DNA of 64,000 nt from the human T2T-CHM13v2.0 reference genome, Homo sapiens (GCF_009914755.1 NC_060929.1); one strand, 5' to 3'. Positions 27,931-42,291 are shown, counted from the stretch's first letter. The notes: generated by a model from the sequence alone, not told the origin. Program-made: numbers and translations.

Positions 27931-29452
27931 ATGACTTACACATTTCATTCAAAAGATTGTTGTTGACTCCCTTTTATATGCCAGGTTCTATGAGGAGGTG
28001 GTGAAGCAATGTTGAGAAAAAGTTGACATAAATCCTGTCCTTATGGAATGTACAGTCAGCTGAGGGACAGTAGTCAAATGATGATATAAATAAATGTAGA
28101 ACTGTAATGGTGCCAAGGATTCTGAAGGAAGGGCTTGCAGCACTGTAATAGTATCTGTCCAGAAGACCTGCCCTAGTTTCATTTAATCTTCACAACAACC
28201 CTATCCCTATTTTGTACATTGGAACTGCAGAAGCAAGGTTTAGGGAGAGACAGGAAAGCCCTCTAGGCACTTGCCTAAGGGCAATCTAGTCAAACCTTCC
28301 CAAGTTATGAATCAATTTTTTCACTCTGGGCCATGTCACATTTTAGTTGCCATTAGCAAATCATTTCGCTTAGAAGCCTAAGTGGTAATTATGTGCACAT
28401 TAAGGGATCCAGAATACTGATTTTACTTTAGTACAACTCACACTTTTTTGTATGCAAAGATTTCCCACTGCTCATATAACAGACACCAGGCATTTAACTG
28501 ACTGCTCACATGGGCATGCAGGCAAGAGGTATTCAGCTGAGGACTCCACACTAATGTTTTGGACTTAACGTTATGCTTTAACTTTTCATCTGTTTTGTAG
28601 AATGTAGAATTTGGCTTAATGACTATGTTTATTTCTGTTCAAAGCACTGGAAATAAAAGGTTTGTGCAGATGTTTGAAGGACACCATATAGACTATTCAC
28701 AAACTTTTGTGGTCAGTTTAGCCACCATGGTCAGGCCCAGTGACTCACTCTAAACTGAGTTTTGTTGTTTCTTAAAATATTGTTTTGCTCTTGTCCTCAG
28801 GAAAGTTGGTGTATTCGTCACAAACATTGCTAGGTGGGAGAAGGGGGTGACAGGAGGTGGGATAATGTGAAACAGTCTGTGTGACGAAAGTTTGTTTCAA
28901 CTTTCCTAGTTATTCCTAAGACTGTGTTTGACCTAAAGAGCATTTTGATCTAGAAGACACCTTAAATTGGAGGGTCTAGTGAAAACCTGCATGCTGTGAA
29001 GCAGAGAGCTGAGTCTCTGAGAGATTCAGTGATATCACCAATGCCCTGGACTGGTTGGTGGCACAGACATGCTTACCACTAACTCCAGCCTCCCAAGAAC
29101 CACAATCCATAGTTCCTTAACTCCACTCCATGCTGACTCTTGGACTTAAACTCTTAATTTCTTTTGGTGTTATTATTTCTTCCCTTCTCTCCTTTTCATG
29201 CCTTAAAGGTGGTGCCACAATCATCTGAACTGACATATATTAGCCCACTAACTATGGCCTTGTAGTTTTTGCCAAATAAAGCATTAGTTATGTAACTCTA
29301 CTCTGTTTTCTGGGAGTATAGAGTTTTAAACAGAAAATTTTAAAGAAATTGGAAATTTCTTTAAGAAAAAAAAAGAGGAAAGAATTAAAAGGTATAGACA
29401 AGCAACATCAACTAGCTTCATAAATTAAAGAAATTTTAAGTACATTATGTAA

Positions 29453-29752
29453 GGCTGGGCACAGTGGCTCACGCCTGTAATCCTAGCACTTTGGGAGCCT
29501 GAGGTGGGCAGATCAGCTGAGGCCAGGAGTTTGAGACCAGCCTGGCCAACATGACAAAACCCTGTCTCTACTAAAAACAAAAAATTAGCCAGGTGTGGTG
29601 GCACATGCCTGTAATCTCAGCTACTCAGGAGGCTGAGGCACAAGAAATGCTTGAACCTGGGAGGTGGAGATTGCAGCGAGCTGAGATTGCGCCACTGCGC
29701 TCCAGCCTGGGCGACAGAGCGAGACTCCGTCTCAAAAAAAAAAAAAAAAAAA
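29453..29752 (+). mobile_element. AluS
   Basis: full dimer with about A19 tail. Confidence 0.95.
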
Positions 29753-29999
29753 GTTACGTGAGACGGCACCATATGTGCACATTTTTTCTATTTTTTTAGA
29801 AAAAACTAATAGTTTAATTAAATTAAACTAATACTTTTAAAACTATTTTTAGTTTGTATGGATATATAATGGTTGTACATATATTTGCAAATTTAATGGT
29901 AATAAATGTGACGGACATAGTAGCTGACTATTTCAGCAATGGGGTCAGGAACAATTGTATCTTTCCTGATTAGCCAGGAAAGAATCAAGGAGAAGGAGC

Positions 30000-30417
<418 letters not shown>

Positions 30418-30423
30418 TTAAAC

Positions 30424-30626
30424 CTATGCTGTCTAATACAATTGTTGCTTGCCACATGGAGTTAAGTTTAAATTATTCAAATGAAATGTAACTTAAAAAT
30501 TCAGTTCTGTCACATGAGACACATTTCAAGTGCTCAATAGCCACATGCAGCTAGTGGCTATTATATTGGACCACACAGGTGTAGAATATTCTCATCATTG
30601 CAGAAAATGCTTTCAGACAGGGCTGA
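30424..30626. mobile_element. MER3 hAT-Charlie MITE
   Basis: cacatttcaagtgctcaatagccacatgcagctagtggctattatattggac. Confidence 0.85.
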
Positions 30627-30696
30627 CATAGAAGATGCATCAGAGAAGAGGAGGGGGATAGACGGGTGGGTAGATGAGAGGGGCACATAAGGTAAT

Positions 30697-31063
30697 TGCA
30701 ACAGAATGAATGTTTATGTCTCCCCCAAATTCATATGTTAAAATCCTAACCCTTAATGTGATGGCATTAGCAGGTGGGGCCTTGGGGAAGTGATTAGATT
30801 GTGAGGGTAGAGGCCTCATGAGTGAGATTAGTGCCCTTATAAAAGGGACCCCAGACAGCTCCCTTGTCCCTTTTGCTATGTGAAGACATGATAAGAAAAC
30901 GGTCCTCTAAGAACGAGGAAGTGGGTGCTCACCAGGCTCTGATTCTGCCTGGTGCCTTGATCTGGGAATTACCAGCCTACAGATCTGTGAGAAATAAATG
31001 ATTTTTGTTTAAGCTACCCAGACTATCGTATTTTTGTTACAGCAGCCTAAACAGAAAAAAATA
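30697..31063 (+). mobile_element. MLT1A0-like solo LTR
   Basis: gaatgtttatgtctcccccaaattcatatgttaaaatcctaacc...ctgtgagaaataaatg. Confidence 0.9.
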
Positions 31064-31299
31064 GAAACGTTTACCAGGAAAAGTATATGCTAGATGGATA
31101 AGGGGAAACAAGAGAGACAGGACACACGGACGTGATCCAGGGAAAGGTCTTGAATTGGGTTAGAGCTTGGATTCAAGGCATTGGCTGGCTGCGATAAAAC
31201 CTTTGCGCATGTTTTTTTAAATGGTGTTCCTCTGGGCAGAAGCATCCTGTGGTTTTGGCTAGTAGACAGTTCTTTGTGCAAAGAAAAAAGTGTACTTTC

Positions 31300-31730
31300 C
31301 TCAAAACGATGGAGATGGTTAAAAGATCAGTGGTTGTCAGGGCCTGGAGAAGGCAGGGAAGAAAAGAAGGATGAACAGATGGAGCACAGCAGAGTTTTAG
31401 CAATAGCAATGAAGCTATTGTAAGATACTATAACGGTGCATATATGTCATCACACGTTTGTCAAAACCCATAGAATGCACAACACGAAGAGTATACATAG
31501 TATACATAGTAATGTATACCATGAACTTTGGTTCATACTAATCTATTAATATTGATTCATCAATTGCAACAAATGTACCACACTAACATAAGATGTTACT
31601 AACAGGGGAGACTGGGAGTGGGGTGGACAGGGTGGGCAGGGGTATATGAAGCTCTCTGTACTTTGTGCTCTGGCTTTTTATAAACCTAAAACTGCTCTAA
31701 GAAATAAGGTCTAGTAATGAAAAATAAAAA
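31300..31730 (+). mobile_element. L1MC 3'UTR fragment
   Basis: tttgtcaaaacccatagaatgcacaac...aacaaatgtaccacactaa...taaacctaaaactgctctaa. Confidence 0.85.
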
Positions 31731-31884
31731 GGGAAGCTATTTAACTATTTCTCATAAAATATTTTCAGGCACTCTAAAAGTCTTCATGTTCACATACACA
31801 ATGACATGACAATAAAACACACTAATCTGGTTTTAGCTGATAATCTAATGTAGTTATATGTGATTCTATCAATATCTGACATGG

Positions 31885-32045
31885 AAAAAAAGCGAAACAA
31901 TGTACCTTCCTCTAGGTTTCCACAGAGCAGCTTCAGGCATTCATCTTGGTGAGCAGTGTGCAAGCTGGATTTTCCTAACCACTTGCTCTCTTCCTCAGGT
32001 GTCTGTGCGGTGCAGAAACTGTACAACTGTATACAGTGACCATTT
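31885..32045. mobile_element. MER91-like hAT-Tip100 MITE
   Basis: caatgtaccttcctctaggtttccac...tgtgcggtgcagaaactgtacaactgtatac. Confidence 0.55.
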
Positions 32046-32146
32046 CTACTCTGGGTCTCTAAACAAGGGCTGGTATCGTTACAGAGACTGAAGACTGAGG
32101 AAGACCATCTCTGTAGGATGCCAAGGATTGACTGGAGAAAGTCTGG
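31999..32146 (+). other. Candidate non-coding internal exon (148 nt)
   Basis: branch point ctaac 31975-31979, pyrimidine tract, cag|g acceptor; donor tgg|gtaagt; stops in all three frames; no expression evidence available. Confidence 0.3.
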
Positions 32147-32801
32147 GTAAGTACAGGTCACAGGAAACCACACAAGAAATACACTTTTGTAGGACAAAGA
32201 GGTAAGGTCAGAGCCCTGAGAGACCCTCACAACTGGTATTAAAGCAGAGTGAAAAGAAATCTAAAGGGGGGACAGGTCTAAGGGGACATGGGACACAAAG
32301 CCAGGAAGGAAGGAAGCAAACCCCAGCAGTGCTGTACCTGGAGGGCGATGAATGAGTCGCAGAGGCTCCCTTTCTGAGCTGGGATTAGGAGTTGATAATG
32401 GTCTTGCAAGTGCAGTTCTGCAGAGCGAAAGGGCCCGGTGCCTTGCAGCAGAGACACGTTCTGGGAGAGAGGGTTAGGATTTGAGTAAGTTCACACTAGG
32501 AGGCTATATATACATGTGTGGCATTGCCCAGGGACTGGAGGGAAAGAGGAGAAGGAAATGCATCACAACAATGACTGGAATGCATCAGCAGTGCAAAACA
32601 AAACTCTTGGGAAAACCAAATTGTGTCTTGGATTGTGGTTCAAGGAACTAGTAATGGGATAAAAAGCTTTTGCCTCCAGGCCAGCAGCATGAGTCCAACC
32701 CAGGTTAGGAGTCAGCAGTGTGTTTCAGATGTCAGTGTGAAAGGAATCCATGGGGCCAATCTAACCTTCTAGTATTAGAGTAATCCTGAAAACCACAATA
32801 G

Positions 32802-33112
<311 letters not shown>

Positions 33113-33264
33113 CACAATAGGTAATCTTAGCAGCCTGCTTCATGAGATGACTGGGAAGGGAAGATGAATTGTGATACTGGCTCATTCTTAGCCACGGAGG
33201 GAGCCTCTTTAGAATAAGACTGGAGCAATATGGACAATTTGTACCACTCCTTTATATATAGGCC

Positions 33265-33647
33265 AATGCTCCTCGAAGCTTGATTCATGGACCAGTTGCA
33301 CCCAAATCACCCTGGGCTGCTTATTAGCAATGCAAACTTTCCTGGGTCCACTCTAGACCAAGTGAATCTGCATCGTTAGGTATGGGATCTGGGAATCTGC
33401 ATTTTAGCTTCTTATGTGATTCTTGTGTACACCGAAGTTTGAAGATTATTGGGGCAGATCAGAGGTTCTCAAACTTTAGCAAGCATGAGAATCACATCAC
33501 TTAAAGGGCTTGTGAGCTTACAGGTGCCTGGGCCCCACCTCCAGAGTTTCCAATTCACTATCTGGGATGGGGCTTGAGAAGTTACATTTCTAAAACATTT
33601 CCAGGTCATGCTGCTGGACTAGAGACCACACTTTGAGAACCATTGCT
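33265..33647. mobile_element. Two adjacent MER5A/B MITEs
   Basis: tgggatctgggaatctgcatttta; cagaggttctcaaacttt...accacactttgagaaccattg. Confidence 0.8.
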
Positions 33648-34599
33648 GTAAATAGAGCTCTTTACCTGGCTCGGACAGTGTAAAATCGCCCTTACCATTC
33701 ATCCACATAATTCAGCTAGCTTCTACCATCCTGTCATATAGATGACTAACACCCATGACCTCTTTTTCACCTTGTTAGATAACTTCCAGTTTTAAATTGA
33801 CAATATGAAAAACGATCACACCTGGTCAACCCTAATCTTGTATATTGTTCTGGTTCCAAATGTTTATATTATTATCAACACTGTCCTTTCCTCATTTTTG
33901 GCGGTGACCTGTTCAACTTTGTGTTACCTTGGGCTTCAAAATGCAAAATCAGCTCCTTTCTTTGCTTGCCATAAGAAATGGCATGCAAGAAAAAAAAAAA
34001 ATGCTTCCAAAATAGAGGAACCTGAAAATATTCTGAAATTCAGAAGGTGTTATTTTGGGGAGCCTTTCTGGGACAGGATGTCCCCATCATCAGCTAGAGG
34101 AAGCCCAGCTTCTGATAAACAAAGTTGTGCCTTGCACAGATCAAAGGGAGCCATTTATTGAAGGAAGGGATGGAAGTATTTGATGAGGCCCTTCTGCAGA
34201 CTCCCTGTAAACAGGATAAACCCTATCAATGAAAGCTTATACTCAGCCAGGCCACAGTCCCCAGGAACAATGGAGCAACAAGAACATTGGGTGGTGAGGA
34301 AAGAGCCTTGGTCCAGACAAGATTGTTCTGCCAAGAGAATGGCCGTAAACAGGATTAGTTGTAATGAGATTATGAACTTAGGACCTGGAGGCCTGAGCTG
34401 GAGAGTTCAGTGTTACATAAAGAAAAGACACAGAAGTAGCTCGTGGGGTGAGAGGATGCCAAAAGGACAAGGACTTTTCCTTCCTAGCATCCCTCTAGCC
34501 CAGGGGTGCCATCTCTCTGGGGAGGAAAAATTAGTCACTGTAATTGCACATATTGCTTGTGGGAGTAGACAAACTAGGGACTAAAGCACCAAAGTAGTG

Positions 34600-34782
34600 G
34601 GCCTCAATTAGGGGATGCTGGCAATGTCTGAAGACATTTTTGGTTGTCACAACTGGGTGAGGTAGTGCTACTAGCATCCAAAGGCAGAGGCCAGGGATGC
34701 TGCTCAGTATCCTACAATGCACAGGACAGCCTTGCACAACTAAGAAATATCCAGCCCCAAATGCAGAGGTTGAGAACCCCTG
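34600..34782 (+). mobile_element. MER20
   Basis: ggcaatgtctgaagacatttttggttgtcacaactggg...atcctacaatgcacaggacagcc...gaggttgagaacccctg. Confidence 0.9.
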
Positions 34783-34909
34783 TGCTGGAGTGACGGAGAG
34801 GGAATCCAGCTAGGATGCTGGTAGATGACCAGCTGGAGACGGAGCGTGGCAGTGGTGGGGAGGGAAGGGGCAAGTATTTCATGGGCTTAGTCTAGAGGGA
34901 CTTCACATT

Positions 34910-35128
34910 AGCAGTCCTCAGAAGGTGAAAGTTGGTTGTTGAGTGGGGGTGCATGGAGCAAGAAAGTTATTTATTTTATGCATAAAGCACATACAGTGCA
35001 TAAGGACATAGACAGCATTTCTGGGGTATTCAAGTTTCATGGGGATTGGTGGGGTGCTTGGGAAAATAATGTCTAAAAAGGCTCCTTAGGAGGTGATAAT
35101 AAGAAAAAAAAAGGTTGAGAAACACTGA
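34910..35128. mobile_element. hAT-Charlie MITE (MER112-like)
   Basis: ends aatgtctaaaaaggctccttagg...aaaaggttgagaaacactg. Confidence 0.55.
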
Positions 35129-35288
35129 TTAGACTCTAGAAATTCACCCACTTTCCCCAGCTGCATCCAGGATTCACATGGTGGGATCTTTCTAAGAAAC
35201 AAATCTATGGCAGTGACTCCATGGCTATGACTGGTTTCTTATTGCCTTCAGGATAAAATAGAAATATCCTTGTATTTTAAGGCACCTC

Positions 35289-35553
35289 TTTTTTTTTTTT
35301 TTTTTTTTTAGAGGGAGTCTCGCTGTGTCGCCCAGGCTGGAGTACAATGGTGCAATCTCGGTGCTCTGCAACCTCCCCCTCCCGAGTTGAAGCATTTCTC
35401 CCACCTCAGCCTCCAAAGTAGCTGGAATTACAGGCATGCACCACCATGCCTGGCTAATTTTTGTATTTTTGTAGAGATGACGTTTCACCATGTTGGTCAG
35501 GCTGGTCTTAAACTCCTGACCTTAGGTGATCCGCCTGCCTCGGCCTCCCAAAA
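35289..35553 (-). mobile_element. AluS, about 35 nt 5'-truncated, inside L2
   Basis: ends at cctcccaaa; flanking repeat aaggcac. Confidence 0.92.
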
Positions 35554-36841
35554 GGCACACTTTCAATCTGGCTCCTGCCACATTCTACCTAACATTCCTA
35601 GTGTCAGCCATAGTGAATCACTGATAGCTGTTCCCAACCCACTGAGCTTTTTCTCTGCAGGCCTGCATCACCCGCTCCTGCCCCTTCCCCTGACACCCCT
35701 CAAGTGGCTAACTGCTACTCCTTCTCAGCTCCTCCACGAGGTCTGCCCTAACTTCCTCAACACTGGGCTGCTTACCCCTTTTCTGCACTTCCCCTAGCAT
35801 AGGATGTATCTTACTCCTATTGTAGCATTGTTCCCACTTTGCTATAATAATTTACTTCCTTGTCCGTAAGGAACTCTTAGGCAGGCTTCTATGCCTAGCA
35901 CAATGCCTGGTGCATACTGAAACCTCAATAAATATTGGTTAAAACCATAAGATAATTTGCACTCATTATCTCCTTTCATCCACTTAACCTCCTTTGAGAT
36001 AGCTATGATTATCCTTATCTTGTAGAAAAGTGCATGGATTTCTCAGTTGAGGAATGGGTATAACCTTCTTCTATGCCCTCTTCTGGGTCCTAAACCTTAT
36101 CTAGACCTATGGCCAGAAAAGAGAATGAGCAGGCTTCCCCCAGGAGCTGTTACCAGTAGAAAGAGCATAACTTAGAAATGAGTCACAGAAAAAACAAAGA
36201 GTAAAGACAGAAAGTGAGTCAGGGATAAGGGTTTTATAAATACAAGTGTTTCCCATTCTGACATCTATAGGATAAACCAAAGGCAGCACCTAGCTCTCCA
36301 GGAAACAGTTTGAAACCCATTGCCTTAAAGTCCTAGAGCTAAGATATGCATTTTCAATAGAGTGACCCCAAACTGGACTTTCTGGCACCATTACTGAAAG
36401 GGTCACTGGCTCAGTTACAGAATCCACAGGGTATGATAATAGTTGAGATGGAAGTCCTCAGTGGTGCAGTTTGAAGCATAGACCTTGAGAACCTGGAGAT
36501 CAGCGGGAAGGTCAGGACCCAAGGCACAGTTCAGGAGTCATCATTAGTACATAGGGCCTATGTTACAGGTGGTCTTTGAAGCTGTGAGAGTGAATGAAAT
36601 TAGAGAGGGATAAAAGTGTGGAGTGGAAACACGGCTGAGTATGGAAAGTGCCAAATAATCTCCCACTGTCTTGCATTTTCAGTTACTTTTTTAATCTATA
36701 GCTTATCTTCTCAATTAGTTTACAGACTCCTTGGTGTTGGGGACAGCTTTAGGTACTTTAAAAAATTTTAAAGATGCTTAAGAATTTAATTAACAAATTA
36801 ATTAAACCTTTTCCCTCCATCATTAAACTTCTGGAAATAGC

Positions 36842-37443
36842 TGTAAACCAAAAATAAAATTCTAAACCTTCTGACCATGTGAATGGCCTCATCCTCTCAG
36901 TAAGGGCATTCCAAAGTTAACCTGAAAAACTAGTTCAGGCCATGATGGGAAGGGAGGGTCAGACATGCCTCATTGTACCTTCCTCCCTTTTAGAAATACT
37001 GATAGAACAGACTCTTTAAGTCTGATAAGAAACATTTTTACAATCTATTCTCTCTGAAGCTTGCTACCTGGGGGCTTCATCTGTATGATAAAACCTTGGT
37101 CTCCACAATCCCTTATCTTAACCCAGACATTCCTAAGTCTTTAGACAATAACTTAACTCTTTCAACCAATTGCCAATCAGAAAATCTTCTAATCTACCTA
37201 TGACCTGGAAACCCCCTGCTTCCAGTTGTCCCACCTTTCCAGACTGAACCAGTGTACATCTTACATGTGTTTGATTGATGTTTCATGCTTCCCTAAAATG
37301 TATGAAACCAAGCTGTACCCCAAGCACCTTGGACACATATTCTCAGGATCTTCTGAGGGCTGTATCTTGGGCCATTGGTCACTCATATTTGGCTCAGAAT
37401 AAATCTCTTCAAATACTCTACAGAGTTTGACTCTTTGTCACCA
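36842..37443 (+). mobile_element. MER4-group (MER4B/D-like) ERV1 solo LTR
   Basis: tgtaaaccaaaaataaaattctaa...ggctcagaataaatctcttcaaa...ca; 4-bp TSD (t/c)agc. Confidence 0.9.
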
Positions 37444-38048
37444 CAGCTTTCCTTTTGTCTTTACTTCCTTTAGTTTTAACTATTTGGGTTCTGCCAGCAT
37501 CACAGGACTGAAATGTCTCTTTGGCAAGTTGCCTATAACTTCTGCATTGCCAAATCTACTGGCCTGTTCTCAAGTCACCTTCCGCAATCTCTGTAGCAAT
37601 CAGCACTACTAGTTCCTCTCATTCACTGAACAGTTGCCATCCCTGTCTTTCATATCACTGTGTTCTCTTGGTTCTTTCTCAGACTTCTTTGCTGAATATT
37701 ACTTTCAGCCTCCCTTCCTGGCTCCTTTTCCTCTCTTGGTCCCCTAAAAGAAGATTATTGTTCAAATTTCTCCTTGTCCCTCTCCTCTATTTTTTCAGGT
37801 TCTACCTTGACAGTCTCATCCATGGTCTCAGCTGTGGCTTCTAGGATGATGACTCAAGCCCTGATGTCTTTCCTGATCATTTTGGGCCTGATTCTCTGGA
37901 ACTGCGGGAGGAAGCTGAATGCTGGTCCACCTTTTAACAATGTGGCCAGCAGCCCTGGGTTGATACTGGAAGCAAACATTAGTCTGGTAAACTACACAAG
38001 GACAAAGGTAGAACAAGACACACAGGGGTAACACTGACCTTAGAGGGG

Positions 38049-38445
38049 TGTTATGGACTGAATATTTGTGTTCTGCTCAAAATTCGTATGTTGAAACATA
38101 TGTCTATCTCATGATTTCGCTCCCCTCTAATGTAATGGTAGTAGAAAGTGGGGTCTTTGGAAGGTATTTAGGATTAGACGAGGTTACAAGATGGAGCCTT
38201 CATGCATGGGATTAGTGTCCTTAAAGAGAGTCCTGAGAGAGCTTGCTTCCTCTTTCTGCCACGTGAGGACACAGGGAGAATACTGCTGTCTATGAACCAG
38301 AAAATAAGCCCTCTCTAGACACCTTATCTGCTGACACCTTGATCTTGGCCTTCCCAGCCTCTAGAACTGTGAGAAATAAAATGTCTGTTGCTTAAGCCAC
38401 CCAGTCTGTGGTGTCTGGTTATAGCAGCCTGAGCTGACTACAACA
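38049..38445 (+). mobile_element. MLT1A-type solo LTR with a foreign insert
   Basis: tgttatggactgaat...ccagcctctagaactgtgagaaataaa...ca; flanks agggg/aggga. Confidence 0.9.
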
Positions 38446-38709
38446 AGGGACAGTCAGCCAGGACACAAACTTGAAGGACTGGAGCAAAGATGGGAAGAGA
38501 AAGAGATGCCAGGTGCAGGTGGGTCTGCTGTCAGTTCAGGATTTCTCTCCTGGACCCTGAGTTCCCGCCATGGCATAGCTCTTACCTGGATTTGTGTACT
38601 ACTTATAGGGTCACGAACAGTACATCTGTACTGATTCCAGACCACATTTCCATGAGGCCTTGCCAGATCCTTCCACTGGGACCTCCTGGCTCCTTCCTCC
38701 AAGCTCACT

Positions 38710-39720
38710 TGACTTTTGTTCTCCAGGGTTCTGCACTTGGCTCACATCTTTGCGTTTCCTTTTTCACTTTGCTGGGTGATCTCATCCACTCCCATGGCTT
38801 GAGATACTATTTTTAGGCTGACAACTCCCAAATATGTATCTCTAGCCTAAACTCCAGACCTGTAAGTCTACCTATAAATTAAATAAGAACCTAAAAATCA
38901 ATATACCCCCAACTGAAGCTATTCTCTTCTCCCCAAGCTGACTCTGTTCTGTCTCCTGTGTTCTCACTGCTGGATAATAACACCAATGTCCATCCAAGCT
39001 AGAAACCACCGCATCATCCTTGACTCATCAACCTTTCTCCGTGTGTGAGTCAATTTGCCTCTTAATCATCTGTCAATTTATTCACACTTTTCCTTCTCCA
39101 TTGCCAATTTCTTGGCGGCTCTTTATCATTTTTCACCTGGATATTCCAGTCGTTTATCAACCAGTCACTTGTGTCCAGTTTCACAACCTCCCAATCAGTC
39201 CTCCAATGCCATTATACAATTTTCTTTAGAGTAGGAAGCTGATGATGTTACTCCATAGTTCAGTGACTTCTCATTGTCTCCTACCAGATAAAATCTAGAC
39301 ACAATTCTTGACATATACTCCTCTTTCTCTATGTAGGCTTATTTACAGACATTTTCCTAGTAGTACTTCATACCTTTGGTACAAATAGTGTTAGTCTCCA
39401 TAATTGACCATGCTGTTTCACAATTCCACACCCTTGCACATGTGTGCTCACTACCTGGAATGCCCCTTCCCTTTATTCTGGTGGATTAAGTCGTTCAAGC
39501 CCCAGTCCCTCCATCATCTTCTCTTTGAGGCCTTCTCTTTTCTTTTTTTTTTCTCCATCTCTTCTTCTTTTACATCCATTGTATATACCTGTTTTCCAGC
39601 ATTAGCGGGCTAAATTCTAATTCCTTGTTTAGGTTTTTATCTTGCCGTCTAAATTCTGAGTTCTTCAAGGACAGGGGCCTTATCTCATGATTTCACTCCC
39701 CTCTGCAGCTAGCACAATGC
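38710..39720 (+). mobile_element. L2 3' region
   Basis: gggtgatctcatccactcccatggctt...caactcccaaatatgtatctctagcc...tgagttcttcaaggacagggg...ctagcacaatgc. Confidence 0.8.
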
Positions 39721-39755
39721 TTCTAAAACTGTATTCCTTGGATTGCTAGTCTTAT

Positions 39756-40415
39756 TGTTACAGGTAGTTAGACAGGCAAGAGTGGAGCAGGAAAAGGATC
39801 TTCTCCCCCCACCCACTAGGAATGTCAGATGATGGTTCGACAATTATCACACTGACTCTCTCAGGAAGAGACAAGCTCCTGCTGATCCACAGCTGTTAAC
39901 ATTACAGTGTTAATTGCATGCAGACACCTGGGAAAAACAACTTCCTGGGAATACGCATTGAAAGACAAAATGGAGTATGACCTTCCAGGGGCACACCACT
40001 GGAGAAGGGAAGAGAGCCTCAGACGTGCATGCTTACAACTTCCTAAACATACTGCGCACGCTCAATTCCCAAGGGTAAGGCAGGCACTGTGCACGCGGGC
40101 CGCCCACCCGAAGGAAAGAATCACCCTAAGGGAAAAGGGTACAAGATGGCAGCCTATAAAGTCCCAGGGTCAAGGTTAAACACTGCACTTGTTCTCCAAG
40201 GCACCCACTGGATCTCTTCCACGTGTTCTTTCCTTTCTTTCCTCTTCTAAAGCATTTTTAATAAACTTCCACTTCTACTTTGAAACTTGCCTTGGTCTCT
40301 TTTCTTGCCTTATGCCCCTCAGTTGAATTCTTTCTTCTGAAGAGGCAAGAATTGAGGTTGCTGTAGACCTGTACGGATTTGCCGCTGGTAACTGAGATAC
40401 CTTCCACCAGTCACA
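39756..40415 (+). mobile_element. ERV1 solo LTR of the MER50/MER83/LTR43 group, apparently inserted into a MER103-like element
   Basis: tgttacaggtagttagacaggca...gaattctttcttctgaagaggcaagaattgaggttgctg...ca; 4-bp TSD (t/c)tat. Confidence 0.85.
40053..40265 (+). promoter_or_regulatory. LTR U3/R promoter motifs
   Basis: NRF1-like tgcgcacgc 40053, GC/KLF box ccgcccaccc 40100, YY1-type caagatggc 40142, TATAAA 40155-40160, AATAAA 40260-40265; activity untested. Confidence 0.5.
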
Positions 40416-40570
40416 CTATGAGTTATTTTAAAAGGTATTCTTGAAATGAGAATCTGTGGTCAAATAAATTTTGGAAAAACTGCATATTCACATTACCTGT
40501 GAGCTCAGAGAAGTCTTTCAGCAGAAACCTGTTTAATCTGGTTTAACTCTGTCCCTTCCAAACCCAAGGT
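40416..40570 (-). mobile_element. MER103-like element (continuation)
   Basis: tgtggtcaaataaattttggaaaaactgcata...cagagaagtc...agaaacctgtttaatctggtttaac. Confidence 0.65.
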
Positions 40571-41270
40571 CAGGGAAAGACCCTTAAGCAGATCCTTACA
40601 ACGTATGTGCAAGAAGCAAAGGTAGAGATGCGCCCAGACAAAGGGTGATGTGGGAAAACAGAGAAGGGGCTGCCCCAGGGTCCAGGGGTTCTGGAAGCAT
40701 TTTTGGAAAAAAAATGATCTCCATCACTCACAAGAAGATAATGGCCAATTTAACCCTCAGAAAGAAAACTTCCTAGTTTTCTAATGTCTCCAGGGACTAA
40801 ACTTCAGGATTGAATGTAACTATCCAAGGGTTTTATTACCCAGGAAGGTCAAGTCTTCAGGATGTTTTCTTCTCTTATTCATTCCTGTGGTCAGACTCAA
40901 CTTTGAACTGGTCTACTCCACAGATGAACCACATCCTTCAACTCACTTAACAGCATCTATTATCCTATTGTTGCTTATATTTTTCTGGTTATGTCCTAAT
41001 GATCTCCAGCCACAATACCGGAGGGCAGCCACTGGTCATTTACGCTGTCATCTCATGGACTCTAAGAGGCCCAAGCACATAGTGAGACTCAACAAATGTT
41101 TATTAAATGCAGTGAACACGAGCATAATCTAATTCTTCCTATTTGCCTTGAGGTGGCAGAGATGCAAATGTGGTGACCCAGAGCCTGAACTTGGGCACTT
41201 GGAGCTCATGTGGAGCATTTTCTGCAGTGGCTGAGGCTGAGCTGGGCAGAACTTTTCTTCGCTGCCTCTA

Positions 41271-42291
<1,021 letters not shown>

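Noticed and set aside
33805-34584. Two consecutive + strand ORFs (118 and 134 aa) in unique sequence
   Set aside because: No recognisable domain or exon structure; the length is compatible with chance.
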